A DNA stretch of 64,000 nt. Origin: Heterodontus francisci (taxonomy: Eukaryota). The notes beneath the pieces were generated by a model. That model searched no databases and was not told where the DNA came from. It was given only the letters and a program-made list of their open reading frames with translations. The stretch covers positions 28,718,602-28,782,601 of the forward strand of contig NC_090375.1 in the NCBI RefSeq assembly GCF_036365525.1. The letters run 5' to 3'. Shown one piece after another: positions 1 to 11,504 of this stretch (position 1 is the first letter of the stretch; each line of letters starts with the position of its first letter). The position numbers were made by a program, and so were the translations under genes.

Positions 1-559
1 CAGAATTTATACTTGCACAACATGCGCTCTCGTCAGTTAGAAATTTGAATATTTAGAGAACAGGGAGGGGAGAGTCTCTTCTCTCTAATCATTTCAGCTG
101 CAGGAAATTAAGTTGCAAGCATAACCAGGGGTCTAGTGGATCCCATGAGCATTTTGTCAATTGGTTTGATGCTGCACTGAATTTAAACTCCACACCGTGT
201 CAGAAAGTGCTGTGAGACTACGACCTCCAGAGAATCTCACTCCACTTCATTCCACAGTCTGAAATTCGACTGAAAATTTAGCTTTGGTAAACAGTCTAGG
301 TATCCAAGAAGACTACTAGCTAAGGTCTGTGACACCTTGTCAAAGACCATTGTCATAAGGGAAGAAGGAAAGAATCTACCTCAACCCCATTCAAGAAGAT
401 TGGGACAGATAAGGAGTAAATGGAAGAAAGAGAATGAAATTCCTAAATGTGTACAGGATTCCTTCCTCAAGCAGGTTTACAAGGGTGGAGATGATGCTAT
501 ATCTGGTTATGAGCTTTTCAGAGTGGTTGAAAGTGGGTTATGGTGTTCCCAATGTTTAG

Positions 560-682
560 TTTTGGGGTATGGTGGGTGGGAAAGTGGAGTTGAATCCTAA
601 GATCAGCCATGATCGTTTTGAATGGCGAAGCAGGCTCGATGGGCCATATGGTCTACTCTTGCTCCTATCTCTTGTCTTCTTG
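560..682 (+). mobile_element. CR1 LINE 3' tail fragment
   Basis: gatcagccatgatcg...gaatggcgaagcaggctcgatgggcc...ctcttgctcctat; the same tail occurs at other CR1 3' ends in the window. Confidence 0.7.
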
Positions 683-930
683 TGTTTTCTTGTGGCCACT
701 TCTGTTCACTGTGTATATCAATGATTTCAATATAGGCCCAGAGAGAATGTCGATAACATTTGCACATGATGCCTTTGATAATTATTTAGAAGACCAAAGG
801 AAACTGCAAAGAAATACTGATAAGATGGGGGAATGGGCTAAATGGACAGATGGAAATCAGTATCAGTAAGTGTGAGGTGATTCATTTGGTTAAAGATAAC
901 AGCTGTAATTTATACTCTGGATGGGAGTAG

Positions 931-2320
931 ATTTTTTTTTATTCATTCATGGGATCTGAGGGATGCTAGCAAGGCCAGGAATTGTTGCCCATCCCTAATT
1001 GCCCTTGAGAAGGTGGTGAGTTGCCTTCTTGAACCACTGCAGTCCATGTGGTATAGGTACACACACAGTGCTATTAGGGGTATTGAGTACAAGGGTTGGC
1101 AGGTCATGCTACAGTTGTATAAGACTTTGGTTCGGCCACATTTGGAATACTGCGTGCAGTTCTGGTTGCCACATTACCAAAAGGATGTAGATGCTTTGGA
1201 GAGGGTGCAGAGGAGGCTCACCAGGATGTTGCCTGGTATGGAGGGCGCTAGCTATGAAGAGAGGTTGAGTAGATTAGGATTATTTTCATTAGAAAGACGG
1301 AGGTTGAGGGGGGACCTGATTGAGGTGTACAAAATCATGAGAGGTATAGACGGGGTGGATAGCAAGAAGCTTTTTCCCAGAGTGGGGGATTCAATTACTA
1401 GGGGTCACGAGTTCAAAGTGAGAGGGGAAAAGTTTAGGGGGGATATGCGTGGAAAGTTCTTTATGCAGAGGGTGGTGGGTGCCTGGAACGCGTTGCCAGC
1501 GGAGGTGGTAGACGCGGACACGATAGCGTCTTTTAAGATGTATCTAGACAGATACATGAATGGGCAGGAAGCAAAGAGATACAGACCCTTAGAAAATAGG
1601 TGACAGGTTTAGATAGAGGATCTGGATTGGCGCAGGCTTGGAGGGCCGAAGGGCCTGTTCCTGTGCTGTAATTTTCTTTGTTCTTCTTTGATGGGAGTTC
1701 CAAGATTTTAACCCAGCGACAGTGAAGGAATGACAATATAGTTCCAAGTCAAGATGGTGTGTGGCTTGGAGGGGAACCTGTAGGTGGTGGTATTACCATG
1801 CTGCCCTTGTCCTTCTAGGTGGTAAAGGTCGTGAGTTTGGAAGGTGCTGTCAAAGTGAGTGTTGGCGAGTTGCTGCAGGGCATTTTGTAGATGGTACACG
1901 CTGCTGACACTTTGCGTGGTGGTGGAGGGAGTGAGTGTTTAAGGTGGTGGATGGGGTGCCCATCAAGTGGGCGGCTTTGTCCTGGATGTTGTCGAGCTCT
2001 ATGAGTGTTGTTGGAATTGCATTCATCCAGGCAAGTGGAGAGTATTCCAACACACCCCTGACTTGTGCCTTGCAGATGGTGAACAGGCTTTGGGGGGTCA
2101 GGAGGTGAGTTACTCACCACAGAATTCCTATCCTCTGACCAGCTCTTCTAGCCACAGTGTTTATATGTCTGCTCCAATTACGTTTCTGTCAACGGTAATC
2201 CCCAGGATAGTAATGTTGGGGGTTCAGTGATAGTAGTGCCATTGAATGTCAAGGGGAGATGGTTAGATTCTCTCTTGTCTCTTGCTGGAGATGATCATTG
2301 CCCACCACTTGTGTGGCGCA
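931..2320 (-). mobile_element. Family-B LINE (CR1/L2 group) 3' portion, interrupted by a CR1
   Basis: T-run at 932-940 is the poly(A) tail on the minus strand. ORF 1850..2053 (EYSPLAWMNAIPTTLIELDNIQDKAAHLMG) is homologous to the 29.9-31.4 kb RT ORF. Confidence 0.85.
1078..1690 (+). mobile_element. 5'-truncated CR1 LINE, 3' end
   Basis: GIEYKGWQVMLQLYKTLVRPHLEYCVQFW...LFSLERRRLRGDLIEVYKIM...FFMQRVVGAWNALP (CR1 ORF2 C-terminus), followed by a 3' UTR ending ttctttgttcttctttg. Confidence 0.9.
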
Positions 2321-3417
2321 AGACTAGTGTTGTTCAGCAACACATGGATTTTGAGATACAGGTTCGCAAGGCATTAAAGGCAGTGCTACAGGTTGTTAAG
2401 GCTGTAAAAAAAAATGCTAATGATATTCTAGGTTTTATCACAAAATACAGAATATAAAAGGCAATGATGAGCCTGTAAAAAACCTCAAGAAGATCTCAAT
2501 TAAGTATACTCAAGGCAGTATTAGGCTCCAACTGTAAGAAGGGTATTGGAAGTTTAAAGAGGCTAAACACACATTCAATTTGATGCTGGCTGGGGAAGAG
2601 CAAATATAATTAGAAGGAAAGACTTGATATTTGGGTCTTTGCTCCTTAGAACAAGGACAATTTAGAATGGAAGTGTTTAGAAGTATGAAAGGATAGGACG
2701 GGGTAGATAGAAGCAAAGTGTTTCCAGTCACTGAATAGTTTAGATTAAGGTGCCTTGTAAGGGATTTCAAACAGAGAACAGAAAACATTTTTCCCCAGAA
2801 AGTTGTGAAGTTGTGGAATTCAGTTCCAGTGTTAATGGTTGAGGCAGAAACTATATCGTTCCCAGCATTAGATCCGATCTTCAGTCAGAGTCCACCTCCG
2901 TGGGCAAGGTGAGGTTTGGTTCTGTATCACATGATGTTTTAAAGAGAGCAGAAGCCCCTAAAAGTGCTGAACTTGTAATTCTTAGTAGGCTCTGAATGAA
3001 GCCAGCTAAAAAGGAGCAGGTAGTTTGAAGGGTTAGTAGTGGAAAAGGGCAGGAAGGAGATCTCCTACCTTTTGAGCCAGAAAATTATTCAGCTTGCCTC
3101 TGGCCACCACTACCCCCAGCCCACCACTGTCACCTTCTTCCCTCTGGCCACCTTCTCCATCAGTAATGCAGAGGCAGGAAAGTCCTAAGTCCTGTCCTCT
3201 CACCTTCATTTAGATGCATTGGTAGTGAAGAGAGTGAGGGAACTTCTCAACTGACAAGCTTAGGGGTGAGGATTTAGAGGGTGGTCTTCATCTTGCAATT
3301 TCCTCACTTCTTCACCCAGCAACTGGCTAATTTCAGATGGAGGACAATCCTTTTTATAGTATTATGTTAAATATGGATATTATATTATAATATAATATAT
3401 ATAATATAATATGGCCA

Positions 3418-3548
3418 CTTGGGAGGGGGGTACTTGCAGGGCTGCAGGGATTGAGCTGGGGGCTGGGACTGGCATGTGCTCCCTGGAGAACAGGCATGGA
3501 CTCGATGGGCTGAATGTCCTCCTTCTGTGCTGTAAATGACTCTAAGAC
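3418..3548 (+). mobile_element. CR1-type 3' tail fragment
   Basis: ...ggcatggactcgatgggctgaatgtcctccttctgtgctgtaaatgactcta, similar to the tails at 11505-11648 and 43200-43345. Confidence 0.6.
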
Positions 3549-5390
3549 AAAACTTCCATTATGTTCTATATTAGCAACATCAAGAGGCTGAGATAAACTG
3601 TTTATCATATTATCAGTGTTGCTTCAGTCTCACGGTATGCAGCTACCTTGAAACACACTCCACATAAAGGGTTAATGTTAATTACATTTCTTTATGACTT
3701 TCTGGTTTTTCTTGGCGGCTGCGAATAAGTGCCACGGCACCAGTCATGCACTGCTGGCTCGTACAATCAAATGACTTGACTTGAACAGAAGAGGCATTGT
3801 ACCACATGATTTGAAGAACAGTGATATTAGGATTATTCCACTGCATACTGTAAAAGAACATTGTAGCAGAGATAAATGTTATGTAATTATGCAATATTGT
3901 ATTCCTGTGTGTTAACCCATAACAGTTTAATGTTTAAAATGTAAATTATAACATTTTCCTGTGATACAGATTACTTTGAGAGACCATCACCTGCTCCAAA
4001 GCAATTCTAATCTTGTAATGTGCTGAAAGACTTCACCACAACCAATGGGGCCAATTATAAGCTCTCAGCTAATACACTTATACTGAAAGAAATATTAATA
4101 TAAAATAAAACCAATCAAATATTAAAAGTAGCCAGATTACCCTCTGCCCTCTGAAAAATGCTACCAGCTTCTCAGTGCTAATGGATCCCAGATTCTGACT
4201 CTTCCAGCTGCTATCAAAGATAGTTACCAAATGGTCTTTGGCCCAGCTGCCCTTCCTTGCTGGCCTCATGAACCTCCTATCCCGTGGTGCTTTGAAGGGA
4301 CTGGGTGCAACCCACAAGGCTGACCTTGTAGAGACCCAATGGCTCTCCATCTCGGGCAAAGACCCAGGAAAATGATGTTGGAGGTGTATTGTCACAACCC
4401 CTACATCTTTGATATGTAATATACTCCCAAAAATGTGTGTGTGATGGTGACTTGGCATAACAGGTCTCTGCACCATTTTTCCTGCATTGTATTTACCAGG
4501 TGCAAAAGCAGGGGGGAATCAGCCCCAAACAGCTCGAATTTCCTTGTAGCTAGAAAGAAAAAGAAAGGGTAAAATGGACAACTAAATGACTGGGCAGTCA
4601 AACCTTTGGTGGAGGATGTTGTATGGATCTCTGTATGAATGGTTAGTTGAGGATAATTGAGATGGGCTTTGCAGTGAGACTATTAACCTGTTCTCAGTGC
4701 TGGCTTTCAGAAGAAGTAACTGGCAAACTCTTCTGAGAAAGTGGTTGTATGCACAACATTTCCTTATGGAACTGAACTGAAGGTCAATGTGCCAATTAGT
4801 GTTTCTAAAACTAATTGGATTCTGTAGCTCAGTGTACTCAGGGAAGGCTGTTGTTTCCCTGGTGAAGTAAGCTGACCAGTTTGTTTTGTTCGTAATTACT
4901 GAATCAACCAACAAGTTGAAACAACATTTTCTGCAGAATGTACTTAAATAGCAAAATATGAATCATATCACAGTCAATCCACTTATTCACCTCAAAATTA
5001 TAGATGTACATGTACATGGGATAAGGAAGCAAGTGTAGGCCTGATGTGTGCAGAGATGAGTGGGAATATTGCTACTGCCTTTTAACATACTTAAATTACC
5101 AAAATATGCTCAAAAGGCAAGTTTTAAAGGTCCATTCATTACAAAAAGGCAAAACAAATTTAATTTGAAAATATAGATCCTGAAAATTGGGTACGATAAG
5201 AACATTAATACACAACCATTCTATTCCTGGGAAGTTTATGCTAAGTTCTTTTTTATATTCATAAATTTGAATCTTTTCATATGAATCTTTATAACAGCCT
5301 GTATTGAAGAGTTCAATTACGAGGACTGTATTTGTGTTTCATGTAGGTTCACTTATGTTTGTACTCTACATGTATGTCTTTTAATTCCAG

Positions 5391-5571
5391 AACTGGGTAG
5401 TGCTTCATCTCTCCACTACTCAGAGGGAACATCAAGCAGGTCCATTGAGAAGATCCAGGGCAAGTTTAGCAAAGATTTTCAATGTCATCATATGCTAAAG
5501 CACCTGTACAATGGAGCCAGGATCACAGTGCAAATGCCACCCCAAGTGGAGAGCCATTGGGTCTCTACAAG
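5391..5571 (+). CDS. APCDD1: APCDD1 coding exon 2 (phase 1 start, phase 2 end)
   Basis: Acceptor ttaattccAG at 5389-5390 and donor AG|GTGAGT at 5572. Translates (x)[59 protein letters not shown](S), matching human APCDD1 as recalled ([31 protein letters not shown]). 181 nt, frame-compatible with the next exon. Confidence 0.95.
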
Positions 5572-6702
5572 GTGAGTAAACTCCAGTTGTATTACAAGTC
5601 CATTCGACTTATATGAATAACTGATAAGCAGATAATTCTATTAAGTGAATACAAACTGAAAATTCAAGGTGATTTTCTATTTATATCCATTCTACTCCTG
5701 GGCAAGATGCAAGAAAACATAATCCTTCTCTTCCAACCACTCTCTATTGCAATCTTTGTCTCTCTATTTTATCAATATTTTTATGATCATTGCTTCTCTG
5801 CATTTTCCTCTCTTTTTCCTCCTGTGCTGTATTTACACTTTTCTAGACTGTCTCCTCCTTCTTGCATCCTCACTGTATTGAAATGAAGGCACTTTGTGCC
5901 ATTTCATACTGTTCATTCCTTCAGGATCTCTAAGCTACTGAACTTTTATGTTCTTTATCTTTTCTTCCTCTTACAATCTACCAGTTTTTAAAATATCCCA
6001 TCACATACTTGCTACTTCCTGACCTACTCAGTCTTCTCGCCTACTCTTTTCATACTTGGTGTTGTCTTGTACTAATGGGGCTTAGCCTTTCATCTAACTT
6101 TCCCAATAACAAAAATAATTTGGAATAATTTCATCTCCACACAATGGTAAATGAATGCTTACTTAGTGGGATCCCACATTATTGATCATGCAGCTCACAT
6201 TATACACAGTTATCTGTGGTATGACTTATGTTACATCAATAATTTACTAAACTCTCAAGTACTAACAAGAAGCAAATATCAGTTACTTAATTGCACAAGA
6301 ACTTAACAGTCCTGTACCAAATTCCTCACTGCCTTATTTTACTAGAGATGTTAATGCCTGGGGAGAGAAATTTGGAATTGGCATGTTAATTGTTTGTACA
6401 ATAACATTACCATCAGTATCTTCTACCTTTCTATGTTCCATAGCATGTTCAGCTGACAATTAAATGTAAGAAATTGTGCAGCAGACAACTCTACCAATAC
6501 ATATGTCAGACAGAACTCGCTGAAAGAGAGTTAGGATACTTCGTAAACTCAACACTAAATATGTTCAACCAGGGCACAGCAGCAATCAACAAAACAATAG
6601 GATATTGAACTATATAGCAAAACTAGAATGTTATAGAGAAAATTAGAATCAAACTGTATAGTGGTCTGGTCAGACTGCAACTTGTTCTGGTCATAGAGTC
6701 AT

Positions 6703-7025
6703 AAGGCTGAATGTTATCAGCCCTCCAGGGATGGGTAAGGAAGTGGGGCCCATAAAATTGCAAGGGAAGGCAGGGCAGGGTGGTGGTGGTGGGGGGGGGG
6801 GGGGGGGCGGTTGCGGTGGTGGGGGCAGTGGGTGGAGTGCCTGTCGCCTTCCTGATATAATTCAATTTAGTCAGAGGCGGGAAAAGCCAAGAATGGCCAG
6901 AAGCCAATTGAGGCCCTTAAGTGGCAGCAGGCAGTTAATTGCCTGTGCGCAGGAAAACGCAGCTGGGGGTCTCCCAAATGGCTGACCTGGCATCGGGACC
7001 CCCTCCACCTGCACAAGATTCAACC
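6703..7025 (+). mobile_element. Partial copy of the GC-rich fold-back MITE-like family
   Basis: Starts ggctgaatgttatc. Contains cataaaattgc and gccaattgaggcccttaagtggc, shared with the 12.0 kb and 40.9 kb copies. Internal G-run. Confidence 0.6.
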
Positions 7026-7026
7026 C

Positions 7027-7962
7027 ATAGAGTGATTAGGGCACAGAAGCAGGCCATTCGGCCTGTTGAGTTCATGCCGGCTCTCTGTACAGCAATCCAG
7101 TCGGTCCCATTCCCCTGCTCTATCCCTGTGGCCCTGCAAACGTATTACCTTCAAGTGCCCATTCAATTTCCTTCTGAAATTATTTATCATCTGCTTCCAT
7201 CACCATCATAGGCAGTGAGTTCCAGGTCATTATCACCAATCACTGCATAAAAAAGTTCTTCTTCACGTCCCCCCATATCTCTTGCCCATTACCTTAAACC
7301 ATGTTCCAAGGACAACAACCCCAGCTTCTCTAACCTTGTAGTTAAATTCCCTCATCCCTGGAACCATTCTGGTAAATCTCTTCTGCATCTTCTCAAGAAC
7401 CTTCACATCCTTCCGAAAGTGCGGTGACCAGGAACTGGATGCAGTACTCTGGTTGTGGCTTAACCAGAGCTTTATAAAGGTTCAGCATAACTTCCCTGCT
7501 TTTGAACTCAGTACCTCTATTTATGAAGCCCAAGATCCCAGATGTTTTGCTAACCACTGTCTCAATATGACCTTCAAAGATCCATGCACATGCTCCCCAG
7601 GTCCCTCTGTTCCTGCACATTCTTTAGAACTGTGCCATTTGGTCTGTATTGCCTCTCCCCATCCCTTCTGCCAAAATGCATCACCTCACATGTCTCTGCA
7701 CTGAATTCCATCTGCCTCTTGTCTGCCCATTCTGGTAGCCTATATATGTCTTATTGCAGTCGATTGGTATCAACCTCACTGTCTGCCATATCTCCAAGTT
7801 TGGTATCATCGGCAAATTTAGAAATTTTATTCTGTATTCCAATATCCAAGTCAGTCACAAATATCATAAAGGACACTGGTCCTAGCACTGACCCTTGTGG
7901 AACACCACTGTCTACCATCCTCCAGTCTGAAAAACAACCATTTACCATGACTCACTGTCTGA
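7027..7962 (-). mobile_element. 5'-truncated CR1 LINE (RT core to 3' tail)
   Basis: [34 protein letters not shown]...[10 protein letters not shown] and GFINRGTEFKSREVMLNLYKALVKPQPEYCIQF; CR1 tail near 7030-7100. Confidence 0.9.
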
Positions 7963-7974
7963 ACTATCAAGATT

Positions 7975-8490
7975 AATTTACCAGTTCTGAGGTGATATCG
8001 CAGCAATAAACTGCTGGAAACAGGGTTCAGTGAATGTGGTTTGAAATATGTGTAAATATTCAGTGATTCAGTGACCTGGTGATTTGACACAGTCCCAGCC
8101 TCATGGTCCAACTGAACTCGGATTCGGCTCTTAGACTGGAATGGTGGGAGTAGAGTGAACTGAGAATCATGCTGGGCTGTGACATAGTCATCATTGAAAT
8201 CCAAACTCCAGGATTTACTGCTGATCCCAAAATAAGACTTTTCCCCCTTCCTCTCCACACTCCCACACATAATACCCATTCCCCAGCTTTTTTCATCAGT
8301 CTTCACATCCCAGGAATCAGATCCTGAGGAGAAACTCCAGGAGCAGAGGACTTGGGAATGGTGTTTAGACATCTCTGGGTGAGGTAGATAGGGCTGTTCC
8401 TGTTCAGTCCCTGTTACTGATTTCAGCTCATCAGATAGAACCAAGTTCCAGTTCGTTGCCTTTGGATCCAGGCTCATCGATGACAAGACA
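7975..8490 (-). pseudogene. TRIM-like B30.2 (PRY/SPRY) domain fragment, antisense in APCDD1 intron 2
   Basis: SLDPKATNWNLVLSDELKSV...QPYLPHPE...QVLCSWSFSSGSDSWDV...WGMGIMCGSVERKG...SWSL...RIRVQLDHEAGTVS matches the LDP / QVL / SGxHYWEV / RKG / RIGVxLDYEAGxLSF motifs of B30.2. Motifs are degenerate and a frameshift is apparent near 8040-8060. Confidence 0.8.
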
Positions 8491-8524
8491 CAATTTCTGG
8501 AGGCAGTGTCGAGAAGCGTTTGAT

Positions 8525-8890
8525 CTCTAGTATCAAGGGTCTGAGTTATGAGGAAAGACTCAAGTGACTTGAGCTTTTTAGCTAGTCTGAGAGGTGATCT
8601 TACAGAGGTATATGAAATGGTTAAAGAAATGGAAAAAATTAAACCAGAATGCTACTTTAAATTCAATTTTTGAGACAAAATAAGGGATCACAGGTTCAAA
8701 ACAAGTAAAGTTAACTTTAGGACTGTCATCAGGATTTTCTTTAAACAAAGACTGATGTGTGGAATGGATTTCCAAATAGAATAACTAAGGGATAAACACT
8801 GGAATTATTTAAGAAACAGTGGGGTGCTTCAGGATGGATAATTTAAGTTGTGCCAAATGATCTTTGTCATCCATAATCATTGTAATCTGG
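8525..8890 (+). mobile_element. Old degraded CR1 3' fragment
   Basis: aagggtctgagttatgaggaaagact...agaggtgatcttacagaggtatat reads GLSYEERL...RGDLTEVY. Confidence 0.65.
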
Positions 8891-9741
8891 TGAACATCCT
8901 ACTGATGTTCACATCAACACATTTCTTTGTTCAGTTGATGCATTCATCAGTACTCTCTTGATGACCTTTTGTGGGTGAGGGATAGTGAATTTCATGCTGT
9001 GGAGTGGAAGGTTTTCCTATGTTCTGTACAGTAACAGCATTAGCTGCTATAGGGTTAAGTATAACACAGAGCTGTCTGAGATTAATGCCATAATTTGAAC
9101 TTGAGGTTGCTGCTGTGTTTGATTCTTCTGCCTGGTGGCTACAAAGGGAGTGTTGTTGGATTGCTTTTTCTATTGGCTGCAATTTAACAATCTGACACAA
9201 TGGCCACAACAACCACAACAACTTTCATTGATATAGTGCCATTAATATAGTAAAACATTCCAAGCTGTATCTCAGGAGTGTTATCAAACAAAATTTAACA
9301 CCGAGCCACAGCATATTTGCACAGATGACCAAAAGCTTGATCAAAAAGGTAGGTTAAGGAGCGTTTTACAGGAGCAAAGTGAGGTAGAGAGGAAGAGAGA
9401 TTTAGGGAAGGAATTTCAGAGCTTAGGGCCTAGGCAGCTCAAGGTATGGCCACCGATGGTGGAGTCATTTAAATCAGGGATGCACGTGAGGCCAGATTAG
9501 GGGAGCGCAGAGATCTCGGAGAGTTGCAGGGTTGAAGGAGGTTGCAAAGATAGGGAGGGTGAGGCCAAGGTGGGATTTGAAAACAAGGATGAGAATTTTA
9601 AAATTGAGGCGATTCCAGGCCAGAACCCAATGTAGGTCCACAAACACAGGTGTGAGTTAGGATACAAGCAGCTGAGTTTTGGATGAACTCAAGTTTATGT
9701 AGGGTGGAAGATGAGAGGCCAGTCAGGAGAGTGTTGGAATA

Positions 9742-9894
9742 AAAGCAAAATACTGTGGATGCTGGAAATCTGAAATAAAAACAGAAAGTGCTGGAAATAC
9801 TCAGCAGGTCTGGCAGCATCTGTGGAGAGAGAAACAGAGTTAACGTTTCAGGTCTATGACCTTTCATCAGAACAGTTCATCAGATCAGAAATAT
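9742..9894 (-). mobile_element. Penelope-like element terminal fragment with possible 8-bp TSD (TTGGAATA)
   Basis: Same sequence as the terminus of the Penelope at 27465-27570. TTGGAATA at 9734-9741 and 9895-9902. Confidence 0.75.
9839..9873 (-). ncRNA. Minimal type I hammerhead ribozyme motif (Penelope-associated)
   Basis: Minus strand GUU-CUGAUGA-A-AGGUC-AUA-GACCU-GAAACGUU-AAC: conserved core, 5-bp stem II, palindromic minimal stem III and short stem I. Confidence 0.7.
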
Positions 9895-10630
9895 TGGAAT
9901 AGTTATGTCTAGAGGTAACAAAGGCATAGAAGAGGATTTCAGCAACAGATGAGCTGAGGCAGGGACAGTACTGGGTGATGGCACAGAGGTGGAAGTAGAC
10001 AGTCTTGGCAATGGCACAGATATATGGTCAGAAACTATTTCCAGGGTCAATCATGACACAAAGGCTATGAACTGTCTCTTCAGCCTCAGACAGTTGCAAG
10101 GGAGAGGTATGAAGACAATCCACTTTTTTCAATGACAGTTCACTGTTTGTGTAAATGAACTGTTTTGCTATTCTATTTGGTGTTAATTGAAGAGAATTCA
10201 TTGGCTTTGTTCAATTAGTAGGGCATACACCTGCAATGTAGATGACCAGAACTATTCTCCCCAGATGGTTAGTGTAACTGAAGTACACAGCTTCATCAAT
10301 GTTCTTTAATTACCCTGCTCTGTCCATGCTGTGCTATGCAATGGTAGAATGCAGTTTTGTATTGAGTCAGCTCCTGAATTTGACTGCCTTGTTGGTGGGG
10401 CAATTAGCAAAATATAAATAAAAAGAACAAATTTTACTCCCAACCTCTTGGCTGATGTAGATGGACAATGCATGTGAAGGATTTAAGATAGAAAATGTAA
10501 CTTTGTTTCTTAAGGTTCATGCTGAAAATACTGTCTATTTTTCAAACAACTATGGAATTTTATAAATTATGTTAAAACCAAATATTATTGCCTTGCTGGT
10601 TGTGAAGCTAATTGTCACCTCTCTCCACAG

Positions 10631-11162
10631 TTGCGAGGTGAGACCAGGTCCTGAGTTCATTACCAGATCCTACAGATTTTACTCCAATAACACATTCAAA
10701 GCTTATCAGTTTAATTATGGAGACAATCACTGTACACATCCCACCTACACCTTGGTGATCAAAGGGAAACTCCGCTTGCGCCAGGCTTCCTGGATCATTC
10801 GAGGAGGAACTGAGGCTGATTACCATCTGCACAGGGTCCAGATCATTTGTCACAAAAAGGTGACAGCTGAGGAGATGAGCCTGAAATTGAACAGGTCGTG
10901 CCCAGGGTTCGTGCCAGGACAGAACGTGTGGGAGCCTAACGTGAGCTACGACCTGTGGAGTGATGAGACTGGCTGCAACTGTTTCCAAGCTCTGAATTTT
11001 GCCATGCACGAACTGCAGCTCCTCAGGGTCGAGAAACAGTACCGGCACCACAATCCTGAGCATGTGGTGCAAGAGCTCTTCCTGGGGGACATCCACACAG
11101 ATTGGTCCCAGAGGATGTATTACAGACCCTCCAGCTATCAACCTGCATTGCAGAATGCTAAG
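10631..11162 (+). CDS. APCDD1: APCDD1 coding exon 3
   Basis: Acceptor ctctccacAG and donor AAG|GTAACT. Inside ORF 10569..11180: [27 protein letters not shown]...[16 protein letters not shown]...[10 protein letters not shown]...[14 protein letters not shown]. 532 nt. Confidence 0.97.
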
Positions 11163-11504
11163 GTAACTCTAATTTCCTGAGGCTGGTATCTTCCTCTGTT
11201 ACCCTTAAATATAGTTCCTCTACAACTTCTGACAAACAAAAACATTCCTATGAATTTAGTCATCTTTAAAATGTACTTATTACTATTGTTCTTAAATATT
11301 GAGCATTAGTAGAAAAGAAAACATGGAGGCCAACAGCAAGTCATTAAAATGTGGTAGTGTGCTGCTCATGTCTGACACTGATATTATCAGCCTGACCCCC
11401 GAAATCTCAAATTACCCTGAATTCAGAGCCATGGGAAGTAATAATTTGGATCCAGGTTTTTTTTAGTAAAAGCTACTATTTCTTGATCCAATGTCATTTA
11501 TAAC

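Larger units (their letters stand above)
685..2870 (+). mobile_element. Old degraded CR1 ORF2 (RT) fragment in two pieces (~685-930 and ~2320-2870), split by younger insertions
   Basis: PLLFTVYINDF...FAHD...KLQRNTDKMGEWAKW (RT core remnant). Resumes after 2320 with KAVKKNANDILGFI and decayed C-terminal sequence. Confidence 0.7.
9215..10110 (-). mobile_element. L2-clade LINE 3' fragment, interrupted by a Penelope terminal piece
   Basis: Minus strand YSNTLLTGLSSSTLHKLEFIQNSAACILTH (L2 ORF2 C-terminal motif). L2-type 3' tail ending in (GTT)-like repeats at ~9215. Confidence 0.8.

Noticed and set aside
4078-4476. Minus-strand ORF containing ESHWVSTR as an APCDD1 paralog exon
   Set aside because: Similarity is limited to the 27-nt inverted match (reported as a finding); the rest is unrelated.
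1-5390. APCDD1 exon 1 (signal peptide)
   Set aside because: No convincing ATG-signal peptide-donor exon found; presumed upstream of the window.
10608-11141. 177-aa antisense ORF over APCDD1 exon 3
   Set aside because: Shadow ORF of the real coding exon; no independent support.
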